Assembly (NCBI GenBank): GCA_965237675.1
Contig: OZ250150.1
Span: forward strand, 5,184,001-5,248,000
Origin: Candidatus Latescibacterota bacterium
GTDB taxonomy: Bacteria > Latescibacterota > UBA2968 > GCA-2709665
Direction of reading: 5' to 3'
DNA length: 64,000 nucleotides
Position 1 is the first letter of the stretch; every line of letters begins with the position of its first letter. Both the position numbers and the translations under genes were made by a program. Positions 29,501 to 37,816 of the stretch are shown piece by piece. The notes under the pieces are model-generated. The model was not told the origin of the DNA, did no database searches, and was given only the letters and a program-made list of their open reading frames with translations.

Positions 29501-29634
29501 AGCGCCTCGCCGGATGCTGCATCCATCACACGTCCGGTCAGTTTACCGGTTGTACCCGCGAACGCGCCGGCGGTGAACCCCGCCAGCACAAAAAGCGCGA
29601 CCGGCAAAGCAATAAACACCTTCCATTGATTCAT
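26509..29634 (-). CDS. TonB-dependent receptor with N-terminal carboxypeptidase-regulatory-like domain
   Basis: GTTGKLTGRVMDAASGEALPGVNI, plug IRGG...VDGV...GGASAEYG, YLQDKMEF, NAGIRFD, SPRFG, C-terminal PRELGVGLKINF. Confidence 0.92.
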   Translation of the reverse strand: MNQWKVFIALPVALFVLAGFTAGAFAGTTGKLTGRVMDAASGEALPGVNIVIEGTRRGAQTDADGYYLILSVDPGNITLVASMVGYNAVSQTDVLILTDFTATVDFQLRETALEAEELVVIAERPPVEPDKTTSHYVMSAEQLESLPMARSVTDLVALNPGVNLTNATVIRGGDSRDGILMVDGVVLPNNDGYGRQFTGVSKTAVQEITVISGGASAEYGNLESGAISIVTKDGGRDFRGWGDFRYTPPGQKHWGANLYESAYHRDRLKWDNREWRAETVTLSDGDDGVPGTPDDEVGLAHNSVDYTDVKGSYIEGGISGPLGDQASFFASARWTRQPTDVMNTSARTATFDPSLGATSLNSVMSGGFPTLSTPIDFRGNAKLTFRPGADAKVSIGHIYSVAEIYNIGTNTQRDRRSNGQNIFLPEGSGAGGRRISDQVTYASLTHTVSPKTFYEARVSFYTTAEDTQHTNWPKDQFGFPLTVFGEKDLDGWFNVKPNYVANYTIADRSRLNLKLDVSSQVTKGHFVKAGMDLTRFSIYYLNYNAPNPSQRIVDFITHSGNLPDVKAPINPIQIGFYLQDKMEFEGMVMNAGIRFDALYTNHKFYNVSQLQTPQYRWLIKHVDMATVDPQWATQVSPRFGVSHPITHRSAFHFTAGLYAKVPDLFEFFREQWRANGPDANVAWDAFRGLHGQVRMANPYVALTRTRAYEAGADWNFVADYTAGMAAYYKSALGKINSGSRYWYEPQRTTWVWGRKPSGFQDMRGFELHVRKGFSHYFSFNAAINFGWASSARVGSNATMFYPDSSYVMNSDQYHDWEWSGSQYVRKDYTLEERMEFAGRAARNWRGRSNAMINGYQYVVFEFMDIQKAYDAPANMNGVWQPTYGGGRLFNPKSSDLRIQSSLSLYLDTPVDFGPGLRQFHVAGGLRANMVWRIQSGRPLWYTPPGKQPELRHRPVRTWTDLQVEKTLVEGGHRNAIFYVEVFNLFNQQDSPVAGSYPDFVRWGLNVPRPNDQDYLDYGDYNELTRYYGKPRELGVGLKINF

Positions 29635-29663
29635 CGAAGACCTCCTTCGAAAAGTTTCGGCGG

Positions 29664-30362
29664 TTATTTTCCGCTGAAGTAAAATTTAATACCGGCTCCG
29701 ATGTCCAGCATTTGCAGCGGGAACGTCTCGGAAAGCTCCCAGTCTTCCATGCCCCGAAGGTCCCCGACCATCATATTATAACGGGCCCGAAGGTCAATGG
29801 CGACGTTGTCGATCACGAACGCCTCAACACCCAGACCGGCGTTGATCCCGAGGGCAAACCGCTCGTCGGAGAACGGCTCCAGCTCAAGAACCAGACCCTC
29901 CGTCTGCCCCGGCCAGAGCAAGCCGCTTACTTCGTTCTTGTAGCGGTAGAAGCCGCCACCCACCGCGATGTACGGGGCGAAACTGCTGCCTGCGAACGGC
30001 TTCCCGACCTGGCGAAGACGAACGAGCCCGTTCACCAGGAGACTGTTCAGGCTCATATTGCTGCTCGCATTCGGGCTGGTATGTTCCTTGCCGTCGGTCC
30101 AGGTGAACGTGCGGGTCAGCAGGCTCCCGTCGTTGAAATTGCCGTGGTGAAACTCCATTTCCACCGTAACATTCGACGCCGGCACGTAGGACGCGTTCAA
30201 TCCGAACTTGGAATCGTTGTCGTACCAATCACCCAGACCGAAGACCGGCACGTTGTAATTCGCAAACACGCCGACTCCCCAATTCCCTTCCTGGGCAACT
30301 GCGGGCCAGGTTGAAACCGTGAACACAAGAATCAACAGGCCAACAACCCTGAACACCTTCAT
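29664..30362 (-). CDS. Outer-membrane beta-barrel protein (OmpW/OMP_b-brl-like)
   Basis: Signal peptide, PYIAVGGG, GINAGLGVE, GAGIKFYF. GGAGG RBS before ATG 30362. Confidence 0.82.
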   Translation of the reverse strand: MKVFRVVGLLILVFTVSTWPAVAQEGNWGVGVFANYNVPVFGLGDWYDNDSKFGLNASYVPASNVTVEMEFHHGNFNDGSLLTRTFTWTDGKEHTSPNASSNMSLNSLLVNGLVRLRQVGKPFAGSSFAPYIAVGGGFYRYKNEVSGLLWPGQTEGLVLELEPFSDERFALGINAGLGVEAFVIDNVAIDLRARYNMMVGDLRGMEDWELSETFPLQMLDIGAGIKFYFSGK

Positions 30363-30505
30363 AAACACCTCCTTACATTGGAAGATGACTTGTCCCCGCC
30401 ACCCTGCTTAACGTCTGCGACTTGCACCGAAAAAACAACGACCTGCGAACTTACTTCTAAAAAAACACCCGCAGTTTGCTCAATATTTTACCCCCTCTCA
30501 GACAC

Positions 30506-30544
30506 AAAAAATGGGCGTAACCGTCCTGAAACCGACAGCGCCCG
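30506..30544 (-). terminator. Terminator-like hairpin inside the 5' leader of the OMP-TBDR operon
   Basis: GGGCG-CUGUC-N8-GACGG-UUA-CGCCC followed by AUUUUUU. Confidence 0.5.
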
Positions 30545-30567
30545 TTAAAGCACTCCTGCTTCAAACC

Positions 30568-30583
30568 TATCATATTTATGATA
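30568..30583. promoter_or_regulatory. 7-2-7 palindrome, candidate operator
   Basis: TATCATA-TT-TATGATA is a perfect inverted repeat in an AT-rich leader. Confidence 0.5.
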
Positions 30584-30673
30584 ACACAATACGCGGTAGC
30601 AATTTAGCATAAGCCAATCCGGATGTAACGCTTAGATTCGCCATTGAGAGCACAACCGCAGATTAATCGACAC

Positions 30674-30702
30674 AAGATAGACAAGATCTTCTCAAATGTC
30701 AA
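30674..30702 (-). promoter_or_regulatory. Sigma70-type promoter of the OMP-TBDR-CTD-PorV operon
   Basis: TTGACA-N17-TATCTT on the minus strand. Confidence 0.65.
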
Positions 30703-30812
30703 CACTTTTGTTCCTCAAACCGTCGCCTTTCGGCACTATTTTCCCGAGGCCACGTACGACGGTCAGTGCCCCGCATCGCCGATTTCCGGACCTCCGGAAT
30801 CCCAAGCGGAAA

Positions 30813-31715
30813 TCAGGCGGTCCGAGCCGCTCCACTTCCCGGACCGGCGCCGAGAGCGTCGAGTACCGTTTCACCGATATCGGCCGGGCTGCCGCATACC
30901 CGGATTCCCGCGGCTTCGAGGGCGGCGACTTTTTCTTCGGCGGTGCCCTGCCCGCCGGAAATGATGGCTCCCGCGTGGCCCATGCGCCTGCCGGGGGGCG
31001 CGGTCCGGCCGGCAATAAAGCCGACGATGGGCTTGTGGAAGGCGCTTTTGACATAGTCCGCCGCCTGTTCTTCCGCGGCCCCCCCGATCTCGCCGATCAT
31101 GACAACGCATTCGGTGTCGGGGTCCTGCTCGAAGGCTTCAAGGCAGTCAATAAAGTTGGTCCCGACAATCGGGTCTCCCCCGATACCCACGCACGTGGAC
31201 TGGCCGAGGCCCAGGGCGGTCAGTTGCGCAACGGCCTCGTAGGTCAATGTTCCGCTCCGGGAAATGACGCCGACGTTCCCGCTTCGGTGAATCTCGGCCG
31301 GCATGATGCCGATTTTACATTTGCAGGGCGCGATGATTCCCGGACAGTTGGGGCCGATGAGCCTGGTGGAACGCGAACTGAGGTAGTGTTTGACCCGTAC
31401 CATATCCAGGACCGGGATGCCCTCGCTGATGCACACAACCAGGCCCAGGCCCGCATCTGCCGCTTCAATAATGGCGTCCGCCGAAAACGCGGCCGGCACA
31501 AACACGATCGAAACGTCGGCGCCGGTGGCGTCGACCGCGTCCGACACGGTATTGAAGACCGGTACGCCCTCGACGCGATTGCCAGCCTTGCCCGGCGTGA
31601 CGCCAGCTACGATCCGGGTGCCGTAATCCAGCATCTGACGCGTGTGAAACGAGCCCTCGGTGCCGGTAATCGCCTGCACAACCACGCGGGTTTCCCTGTT
31701 GACAAAAATGCTCAT
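30813..31715 (-). CDS. sucD: Succinate--CoA ligase subunit alpha
   Basis: [25 protein letters not shown], phospho-His in RRMGHAGA. Confidence 0.96.
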   Translation of the reverse strand: MSIFVNRETRVVVQAITGTEGSFHTRQMLDYGTRIVAGVTPGKAGNRVEGVPVFNTVSDAVDATGADVSIVFVPAAFSADAIIEAADAGLGLVVCISEGIPVLDMVRVKHYLSSRSTRLIGPNCPGIIAPCKCKIGIMPAEIHRSGNVGVISRSGTLTYEAVAQLTALGLGQSTCVGIGGDPIVGTNFIDCLEAFEQDPDTECVVMIGEIGGAAEEQAADYVKSAFHKPIVGFIAGRTAPPGRRMGHAGAIISGGQGTAEEKVAALEAAGIRVCGSPADIGETVLDALGAGPGSGAARTA

Positions 31716-31754
31716 TGAGTATCCCTAATGGGTCAAAAGAATTCACAAACATTG

Positions 31755-31842
31755 GTAGGGGCGCCCTTGTGGGCGCCCGACCCCGCTGCGACGACACAGA
31801 CACCGCTACGTTAACCTGGGCAACCACGAGGGTTGCCCCTAC
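31755..31842. repeat. Inverted REP doublet (REPIN-like)
   Basis: GTAGGGGCGCCCTTGTGGGCGCCC (31755-31778) faces GGGCAACCACGAGGGTTGCCCCTAC (31818-31842). Confidence 0.8.
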
Positions 31843-31987
31843 CAGGGAAGGCGGATCCGATGGGGGGACACTGTTGGCGCATTAAAATCGTCGACAACAT
31901 TGAATCAAGCGCGCTGATTCCATTAAATGTATTGGTCACTTATCTATAATTAAGATGGTAAACGTGCGAAGATCAAGCGGCCGGCGG

Positions 31988-32707
31988 CTACAACGGCCGG
32001 GGTCTGGCGCGTTCCTCGAGGGTGCCGTCGGCTTTGCCGATGACGATGTGGTGGGCAAGGCCGATAAAGAGTCCGGATTCAACGACGCCGCAAATCGCCG
32101 CAATACGCCGCTCAAGGTCGGCGGGGTCCTCGATGGCGCCAAAGGCGCAGTCCATGATGTGGTTGCCATTGTCCGTAACGAAAATACGGCGTTCGAGGAC
32201 ACGGAGACTGGCGCGGCACCCCAGGGCTTCTATTTGCAACTGCACAAACTGCCAGCCGAAGGGCACGACTTCCACCGGCAGCGGGATTCCGCCGAGTCGA
32301 TCCTTGAGTTTGGATTCGTCGGCAACGATGATCTCCCGGAGGCTGGCCGTGGCCACAAGTTTTTCACGAAGCAACGCCCCGCCACCGCCCTTTATGAGGT
32401 TGAAGGCGGGATCGATCTCGTCCGCGCCGTCGATAGTCAGGTCGATCCGGGTGGTATCGGCGAAATCGATAAGGGGAATACCTTCGCGTTCGGCCTGAAT
32501 CCGGGACTGTTCGGACGTGGGAATACCACGTATCCGAAGGCCCTCCCGGACGCGCTCGCCCAGCTTTCGAATGGCAAAGAACGCGGTCGATCCGGTCCCC
32601 AGACCAACGATCATCCCGTCTTCCACCAATTCGGCGGCGCGTTCACCTGCGAGTTGTTTAGGGTTGGCAGCCACTGTTTTATTTGGCATCGTTACACGAT
32701 CTTCCAT
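31988..32707 (-). CDS. rpiA: Ribose-5-phosphate isomerase A
   Basis: GLGTGST, DGADE, KGGGGALLREK, TDNGN. Alternative start at 32689. Confidence 0.96.
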   Translation of the reverse strand: MEDRVTMPNKTVAANPKQLAGERAAELVEDGMIVGLGTGSTAFFAIRKLGERVREGLRIRGIPTSEQSRIQAEREGIPLIDFADTTRIDLTIDGADEIDPAFNLIKGGGGALLREKLVATASLREIIVADESKLKDRLGGIPLPVEVVPFGWQFVQLQIEALGCRASLRVLERRIFVTDNGNHIMDCAFGAIEDPADLERRIAAICGVVESGLFIGLAHHIVIGKADGTLEERARPRPL

Positions 32708-32830
32708 TCTCTTTCCGGAAGTCTTCCAGGCCTGATCCGATTCGCCGGGAATTTATGGATTGGCGACCCGAAATGCAACGAGAAATGAGGGTGACATCAC
32801 CCCCGCTGCGCCATTTGTCCCTGGCCTTAG

Positions 32831-32990
32831 CAGCCCGTTGAAAAAGTCCATCCGGGCTGCGGCCGGCTCTTGTGGTCGCATTACTGCGTTGCGCTCCCTC
32901 CCCGAATGCACCGATTCGACTCGGTCGCGCGCCTTGTCTTCGGTCACAATGGCTCGGCCTCGCCTGCAGAGCAACTTTATCAACGGACTG
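32831..32990. mobile_element. 160-bp MITE, copy 2
   Basis: Same element as 8248-8407, again flanked by TTAG on both sides. Confidence 0.85.
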
Positions 32991-33006
32991 TTAGGGCCGA
33001 AATTAA

Positions 33007-33035
33007 TTGACATTTTCGTTTGTATCTATCATAAT
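33007..33035 (+). promoter_or_regulatory. Sigma70-type promoter
   Basis: TTGACA-N17-CATAAT upstream of the HTH-MBL gene. Confidence 0.65.
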
Positions 33036-33098
33036 ATTGGCATGGTCTTGAAAGCGACCATTGCACATTACGAATGACCTTCGAACGGGGGAGGACAC

Positions 33099-33944
33099 GT
33101 GGCATACACGACGCTCGAGGATTTTTTCGGAGATATTGTCGGAAAGGCCAGGCGGGGGCGGGGTCTTTCGGAAAAGGCGCTTGCAGAAGCGGCGGGACTG
33201 ACCGCCGAGGACGTCGGACTGATTGAAGCCTACGAACTCACGCCGGAAGATGGCCGTATTCGGGCACTCGCCGGCGCGCTGCATCTGGAAGGGGAAAAGC
33301 TGCTCGGGATTGCGAAGGGATGGGTGCCGGAGCGGGGAAACGCGCCTCACGACGACGCGCGACTGTCCGTTGAGCGAACGATTCTGGACGTGGGTATGGA
33401 AGTGAACGCCTATGCGTTGAAGTGCAAGGCTTCAGGTGAAGGCGCGATTGTCGATGCGGGAGGCCATGCCGAGCGGATTTTTGAAATGGCGGAGCGAATG
33501 TGTCTGAAGGTGACCCACGTGCTGCTTACTCACGGACATGGCGACCACGTTGGCGCACTTGCTGAAATTGCAGAAGCAACGAGCGCCCGGGTGTGTTGTT
33601 GCGAACGTGATTTCGCGCTTCTTGGAAGTCTGAAAGGACTCGTAACTGACCTGGTGGACGACGGCTGGCGTACGAACGTGGGGCGTATCGCCATCGATGC
33701 GGTGAGCCTCCCAGGGCATACGGCGGGCGGAATCGGTTACGGTGGAGACGGTGTGTTCTTTTCGGGCGACGCGCTTTTTGCAGGATCCATGGGCGGCGCG
33801 CTGGGTTCAGCTTATGCCGGTCAGATCACGGCGGTAATGGAAAAGGTCCTGTTTCGAAATGAGAACACCCGCGTTTTTCCGGGGCATGGACCCATCACGT
33901 CGGTTGCTGAGGAACTGGCGCAAAACCCGTTTTTTGCCCGCTGA
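33099..33944 (+). CDS. MBL-fold metallo-hydrolase with N-terminal XRE-like HTH
   Basis: ARRGRGLSEKALAEAAGL (HTH); THGHGDH, PGHTAG, GDALF, PGHG. Confidence 0.88.
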   Translation: MAYTTLEDFFGDIVGKARRGRGLSEKALAEAAGLTAEDVGLIEAYELTPEDGRIRALAGALHLEGEKLLGIAKGWVPERGNAPHDDARLSVERTILDVGMEVNAYALKCKASGEGAIVDAGGHAERIFEMAERMCLKVTHVLLTHGHGDHVGALAEIAEATSARVCCCERDFALLGSLKGLVTDLVDDGWRTNVGRIAIDAVSLPGHTAGGIGYGGDGVFFSGDALFAGSMGGALGSAYAGQITAVMEKVLFRNENTRVFPGHGPITSVAEELAQNPFFAR

Positions 33945-34075
33945 GCCTCAGCGGGAACCCCAAATGCGGCGACATCAAAAACCAACAAGCGGCCGTGTAA
34001 AACTGAAGACGGACGCTTCCGGTTTAATTCCCAAACGATACGGTATCCGAAGGGCATGTTGACAAATCAAGGAGC

Positions 34076-37000
34076 TTGGATATGTCCCGGTGGTCCCTTC
34101 TATTTGGTATCACATTATTCACGTATGGTATCGCGTTCGGACAGGAGTATTTCGGCAAGAACAAGGTAACGTATGACGATTACGACTGGCACTATCTGGA
34201 GACGGAGCATTTCAAGATTTATTTCGACAAGGCGTCGCAGCCTGTGGCGGAGTTTGCGGCGAAGGAGGCGGAGCGTGCGCTGGTGCGGCTGGAGAAGGAT
34301 CTGAAGTATACGCTGAAGGACCGATATCCGATTGTGATCTACAACTCGCACAACGGTTTTTCGGTGACGAACATCGCGCAGGTGGAGCAGTCGGAGTTCA
34401 CGGGCGGTTTTACGGAGTTTGCGCAGGGACGGGTGGTGATCCCGTATACGGGGTCGTATGGCGATTTCCGTCACGTAATCCATCACGAGTTGGCGCACGT
34501 GGTGACATTGGAGATGTGGACGGGCGGCGGGTGGCTGGGGGCGATGATGACGCAGGCGGCGACGTTGCCGCCATTGTGGATTGCGGAGGGGGTAGCGGAG
34601 TATTTATCGCAGGGTGGGTGGGACAGTGAGGGTGACAATTTCATGCGTCACGCGACGATTGCGGGATATGTGCCTGGGATGATGGCGTTGAGCGGAGCGT
34701 TTGCGTATAAGGGTGGTCAGTCGGTATTCGTGATGATCGAGGAGGAGTATGGCAGGGACAAGGTAGCGGAGTTTATCTCGTCGTTTCGTTCCGCACGCGC
34801 GGTGGACAAGGCGCTGAAGGCGTCGGTGGGCGAGGGCGTGGAAGCGTTGGACGAGAAGTGGCAGTTGTGGTTGAAACGTCAGTATTGGAACGAGATCAAC
34901 CTGCACCACCCGTCGGAGGAGGTAGCGAAGCAGTTGACGGAGGCATCGGCGGGTCGCGGGTTTTACAATATCGCGCCGTCGTTTTCACCGCAGGGCGACA
35001 AGATCGCGTATGTGACGGAGCGTCAGGGGACGTTCGACATCTACCTGATGTCGGCGATCGACGGTCAGGATCTGGGACGGTTGGTGGAGGGGGAGCGTTC
35101 GTCGGACTTCGAGGGATTGTTTGTGCTGCGACCGGGCATCACGTGGTCGCCCGACGGCAAGCAGATCGCGTTTGCGGCGAAGTCGCGGAACAAGAACACG
35201 TTGTATACGCTGGATGTGAGGAAGAAGCGTGTGACGAAGCGTTTCAAGTTCGATCTGGACGGGTTGTTCGAGCCCACGTGGTCGCCTGACGGGAAAGAGG
35301 TCGCGATCGTGGGGTTGAAGGACGGCTGGTCGGACGTGTATATCGTGAACGTGGAGGACGAGTCGCTGCGCCGGATGACGCGGGATCCGTATGACGAGAA
35401 GCACCTGGACTGGTCGCCGGACGGGGAGTGGATCGCGATCAGTTCGGACCGACCGACGGCGGATCTGTCGTATGACGGCTCGAAGGACTTCGTGTTCGGC
35501 ACGTATGATGTGTTCGTGATCCGCCGGGATGGAACGGAGATTCGCCGGGTGGTGGAAAGCGAGGTGAACGACAGCCATCCCACGTGGGGGCCGGACTCGC
35601 AGAAGCTGGCGTTTGTGTCGGACAGGACGGGGGTGGGCAACATCTACATCGCGCACGTGGACGGCTCGCAGGTGTATCCCATCAGCAATCTGTTGTCGGG
35701 CGCGCGGTATATCGACTGGTCGGCCGACGGGAAGAAGCTGGTTTTTACGACGTTTCATCGGGGGGGTTACGACATCTTCGTGATGAAGGACCCGCTGAAG
35801 CAGAGGCGTGGGCTGGAGGACCTGCCGCTGACGCGTTACGCGAAGCGCCTGGCGGGGATCGAGGACCGCCCGTTCGTGGAACTGCGAGAGGAACACAGGG
35901 AAGAACGGACGGCGGCAGCCGCGGAACCCGACAGCACGGGTACCCCCGCGGAACAGGATACGGTGGCGGTGGCGGTGGCAGACCGGAAGGTGGAGACGTG
36001 GATGTCCGATCAGATGGCGCTGGCAGCAGCCGAAGCCCGCGGCGCCACCGGCGACGAGGACGCACAGGCCGACACCCTGGAGACGGACGACGACAGAGAA
36101 CTGACGCTGCGCGACTGGAGCAAAGAGTTCAAGGTGAACAAATACAGCGTCGAACTCAAACCGGAATTCTTCGGGGCCAACGCCGGCTTCGACACCTTCT
36201 ACGGCGTCAACAGCCTGGTTCAGCTGTCGCTGACGGACGTGATGGGCGACCACCGCGTCATCGTTCAGACAGGGCTCAGCTTCTCCCTGAAAGACAGCGA
36301 CCTCTTCCTCGGCTACCAGAATCTTAAACACCAGACCAATTACTACCTCAGCGCCATCCATACGCGTCTATTCTTCTTCGACAGCGGTCAGTTAAATGCC
36401 GATCGATACTTCGGCGCCGAGGCCAGCCTGGTTCGGCCGTTCAGTCGATTCAGCAGAATGGAACTGGGTACACGGGGCATCAGAATTACCCGCGAGCGCC
36501 TCGACCTGGAGCGATACGAGAATCCGTGGGTGCGACGCGGCTTGACCGGTAGAACCCTTCGTGGACTTACAGGCACAGAAGTCGATTCCCGCGGGGCTGC
36601 GGTTTCCTATCTGGCGATCGTGGACGACAACTCGTTGATGAGCCGTTTCGGAGCCGTTGACGGACGCCGGATGCGTCTTGGCGTAGAGGGAAGTTGGGCG
36701 GGAATGCGGTTTGCGGCGCTGAATCTGGATCTACGGCAGTATTTGTTCGCGCTGGGCGAATACACGTTTGCCTTTCGTCTCTCGGGCGGCACCAGCTATG
36801 GCCCCAACAAGAGAGTCTATTTTGTCGGTGGCGTCAACAATCCCGTGAATCCAAATTTTTCGACGTTTGCCAATGTGGACCAGGATCGGATATTCTTCTC
36901 CAGTTTTGTCTGGCCGCTTCGGGGCGTGGAGTTGTTCGAACTGGCTGGCGACTCGTACGTGCTGGCTAACGCGGCGTTCCGTTTTCCCCTCGTCCGGGAA

Positions 37001-37330
37001 CTGGCCATGGGCTGGCCGCTGCCGCTTTTCTTCCAGAACGTTCAGGGTGAGTTGTTCCTGGATATCGGCGGCGCCTTTGAAAGAGCCAATTGGAGAGACG
37101 GCTGGATCGCCCGTGACGGCGGCTTCGAGCTCAATGCGCCGCAACACTTCCGCGACGGGCAATCCAGACACGGATTCGAGAAACCGCAGATGGCGGCGGG
37201 GTACGGATTCGGCGTGCGCGTGAATCTGGGCTATTTCCTGTTCCGATACGACCTGGCCTGGCCCACGGATCTTGCACGGACCTACCAACCCCACCAATAT
37301 TTCTCTATTGACATGACAGGGCATTTCTAA
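34076..37330 (+). CDS. Peptidase-MA-like / PD40 propeller / Omp85 (BamA/TamA-type) barrel fusion
   Basis: QEYFGKNKV, HHELAH..PLWIAEG.AEY, repeated WSPDG, PLRG lid motif, GYGFGVR, C-terminal Phe. Confidence 0.85.
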   Translation: MDMSRWSLLFGITLFTYGIAFGQEYFGKNKVTYDDYDWHYLETEHFKIYFDKASQPVAEFAAKEAERALVRLEKDLKYTLKDRYPIVIYNSHNGFSVTNIAQVEQSEFTGGFTEFAQGRVVIPYTGSYGDFRHVIHHELAHVVTLEMWTGGGWLGAMMTQAATLPPLWIAEGVAEYLSQGGWDSEGDNFMRHATIAGYVPGMMALSGAFAYKGGQSVFVMIEEEYGRDKVAEFISSFRSARAVDKALKASVGEGVEALDEKWQLWLKRQYWNEINLHHPSEEVAKQLTEASAGRGFYNIAPSFSPQGDKIAYVTERQGTFDIYLMSAIDGQDLGRLVEGERSSDFEGLFVLRPGITWSPDGKQIAFAAKSRNKNTLYTLDVRKKRVTKRFKFDLDGLFEPTWSPDGKEVAIVGLKDGWSDVYIVNVEDESLRRMTRDPYDEKHLDWSPDGEWIAISSDRPTADLSYDGSKDFVFGTYDVFVIRRDGTEIRRVVESEVNDSHPTWGPDSQKLAFVSDRTGVGNIYIAHVDGSQVYPISNLLSGARYIDWSADGKKLVFTTFHRGGYDIFVMKDPLKQRRGLEDLPLTRYAKRLAGIEDRPFVELREEHREERTAAAAEPDSTGTPAEQDTVAVAVADRKVETWMSDQMALAAAEARGATGDEDAQADTLETDDDRELTLRDWSKEFKVNKYSVELKPEFFGANAGFDTFYGVNSLVQLSLTDVMGDHRVIVQTGLSFSLKDSDLFLGYQNLKHQTNYYLSAIHTRLFFFDSGQLNADRYFGAEASLVRPFSRFSRMELGTRGIRITRERLDLERYENPWVRRGLTGRTLRGLTGTEVDSRGAAVSYLAIVDDNSLMSRFGAVDGRRMRLGVEGSWAGMRFAALNLDLRQYLFALGEYTFAFRLSGGTSYGPNKRVYFVGGVNNPVNPNFSTFANVDQDRIFFSSFVWPLRGVELFELAGDSYVLANAAFRFPLVRELAMGWPLPLFFQNVQGELFLDIGGAFERANWRDGWIARDGGFELNAPQHFRDGQSRHGFEKPQMAAGYGFGVRVNLGYFLFRYDLAWPTDLARTYQPHQYFSIDMTGHF

Positions 37331-37451
37331 TGTCCTGTCCCAGAAATATGTCACCATTCATCCGGCGGCATCGAACACCGTACCATGCCTTCAGAAACCG
37401 GTGGGGGTTCGTTGGCCGTGTCTGAATACGGGGTTTCGGGAGGATGCGCAA

Positions 37452-37766
37452 ATGGCGGCTAAAGACCACTATCGGGAAGGATTGAAGCAGATTTCCGCCG
37501 GCAACCTGGACGGCGCTTTAGAGATGTTTCACAGGGCGCTGGAAGAAGATCCGGATTTTTATATGGGGCACCTGGGTCTGGCCCAGGTTCTTGACCGGCA
37601 GGGCAAAGTCGATGAGGCGATTCCGCATGCGCAGGAGGCGATTCGAATCGCGCCCGGGGAGGCGCTTGCCCATACGAGTCTTTCGAGACTGTATCAGCAG
37701 AAGGGACTTATCGAGGAAGCGGAGGCGGCGATGGAAATGTCACGGCGGTTACAGTCCGAATCGTGA
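37452..37766 (+). CDS. Small TPR protein
   Basis: MAAKDHYREG... with about three TPR motifs; GGAGG RBS. Confidence 0.82.
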   Translation: MAAKDHYREGLKQISAGNLDGALEMFHRALEEDPDFYMGHLGLAQVLDRQGKVDEAIPHAQEAIRIAPGEALAHTSLSRLYQQKGLIEEAEAAMEMSRRLQSES

Positions 37767-37816
37767 CGGGAAATGGGCGGCTCCAGCCGGGCGCGGACAC
37801 ATCGTTCGCGCCTTTT

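Noticed and set aside
31850-33100. Possible replication origin suggested by the skew change and AT-rich patches
   Set aside because: I saw no TTATCCACA boxes or dnaA/dnaN genes, and the skew is patchy.
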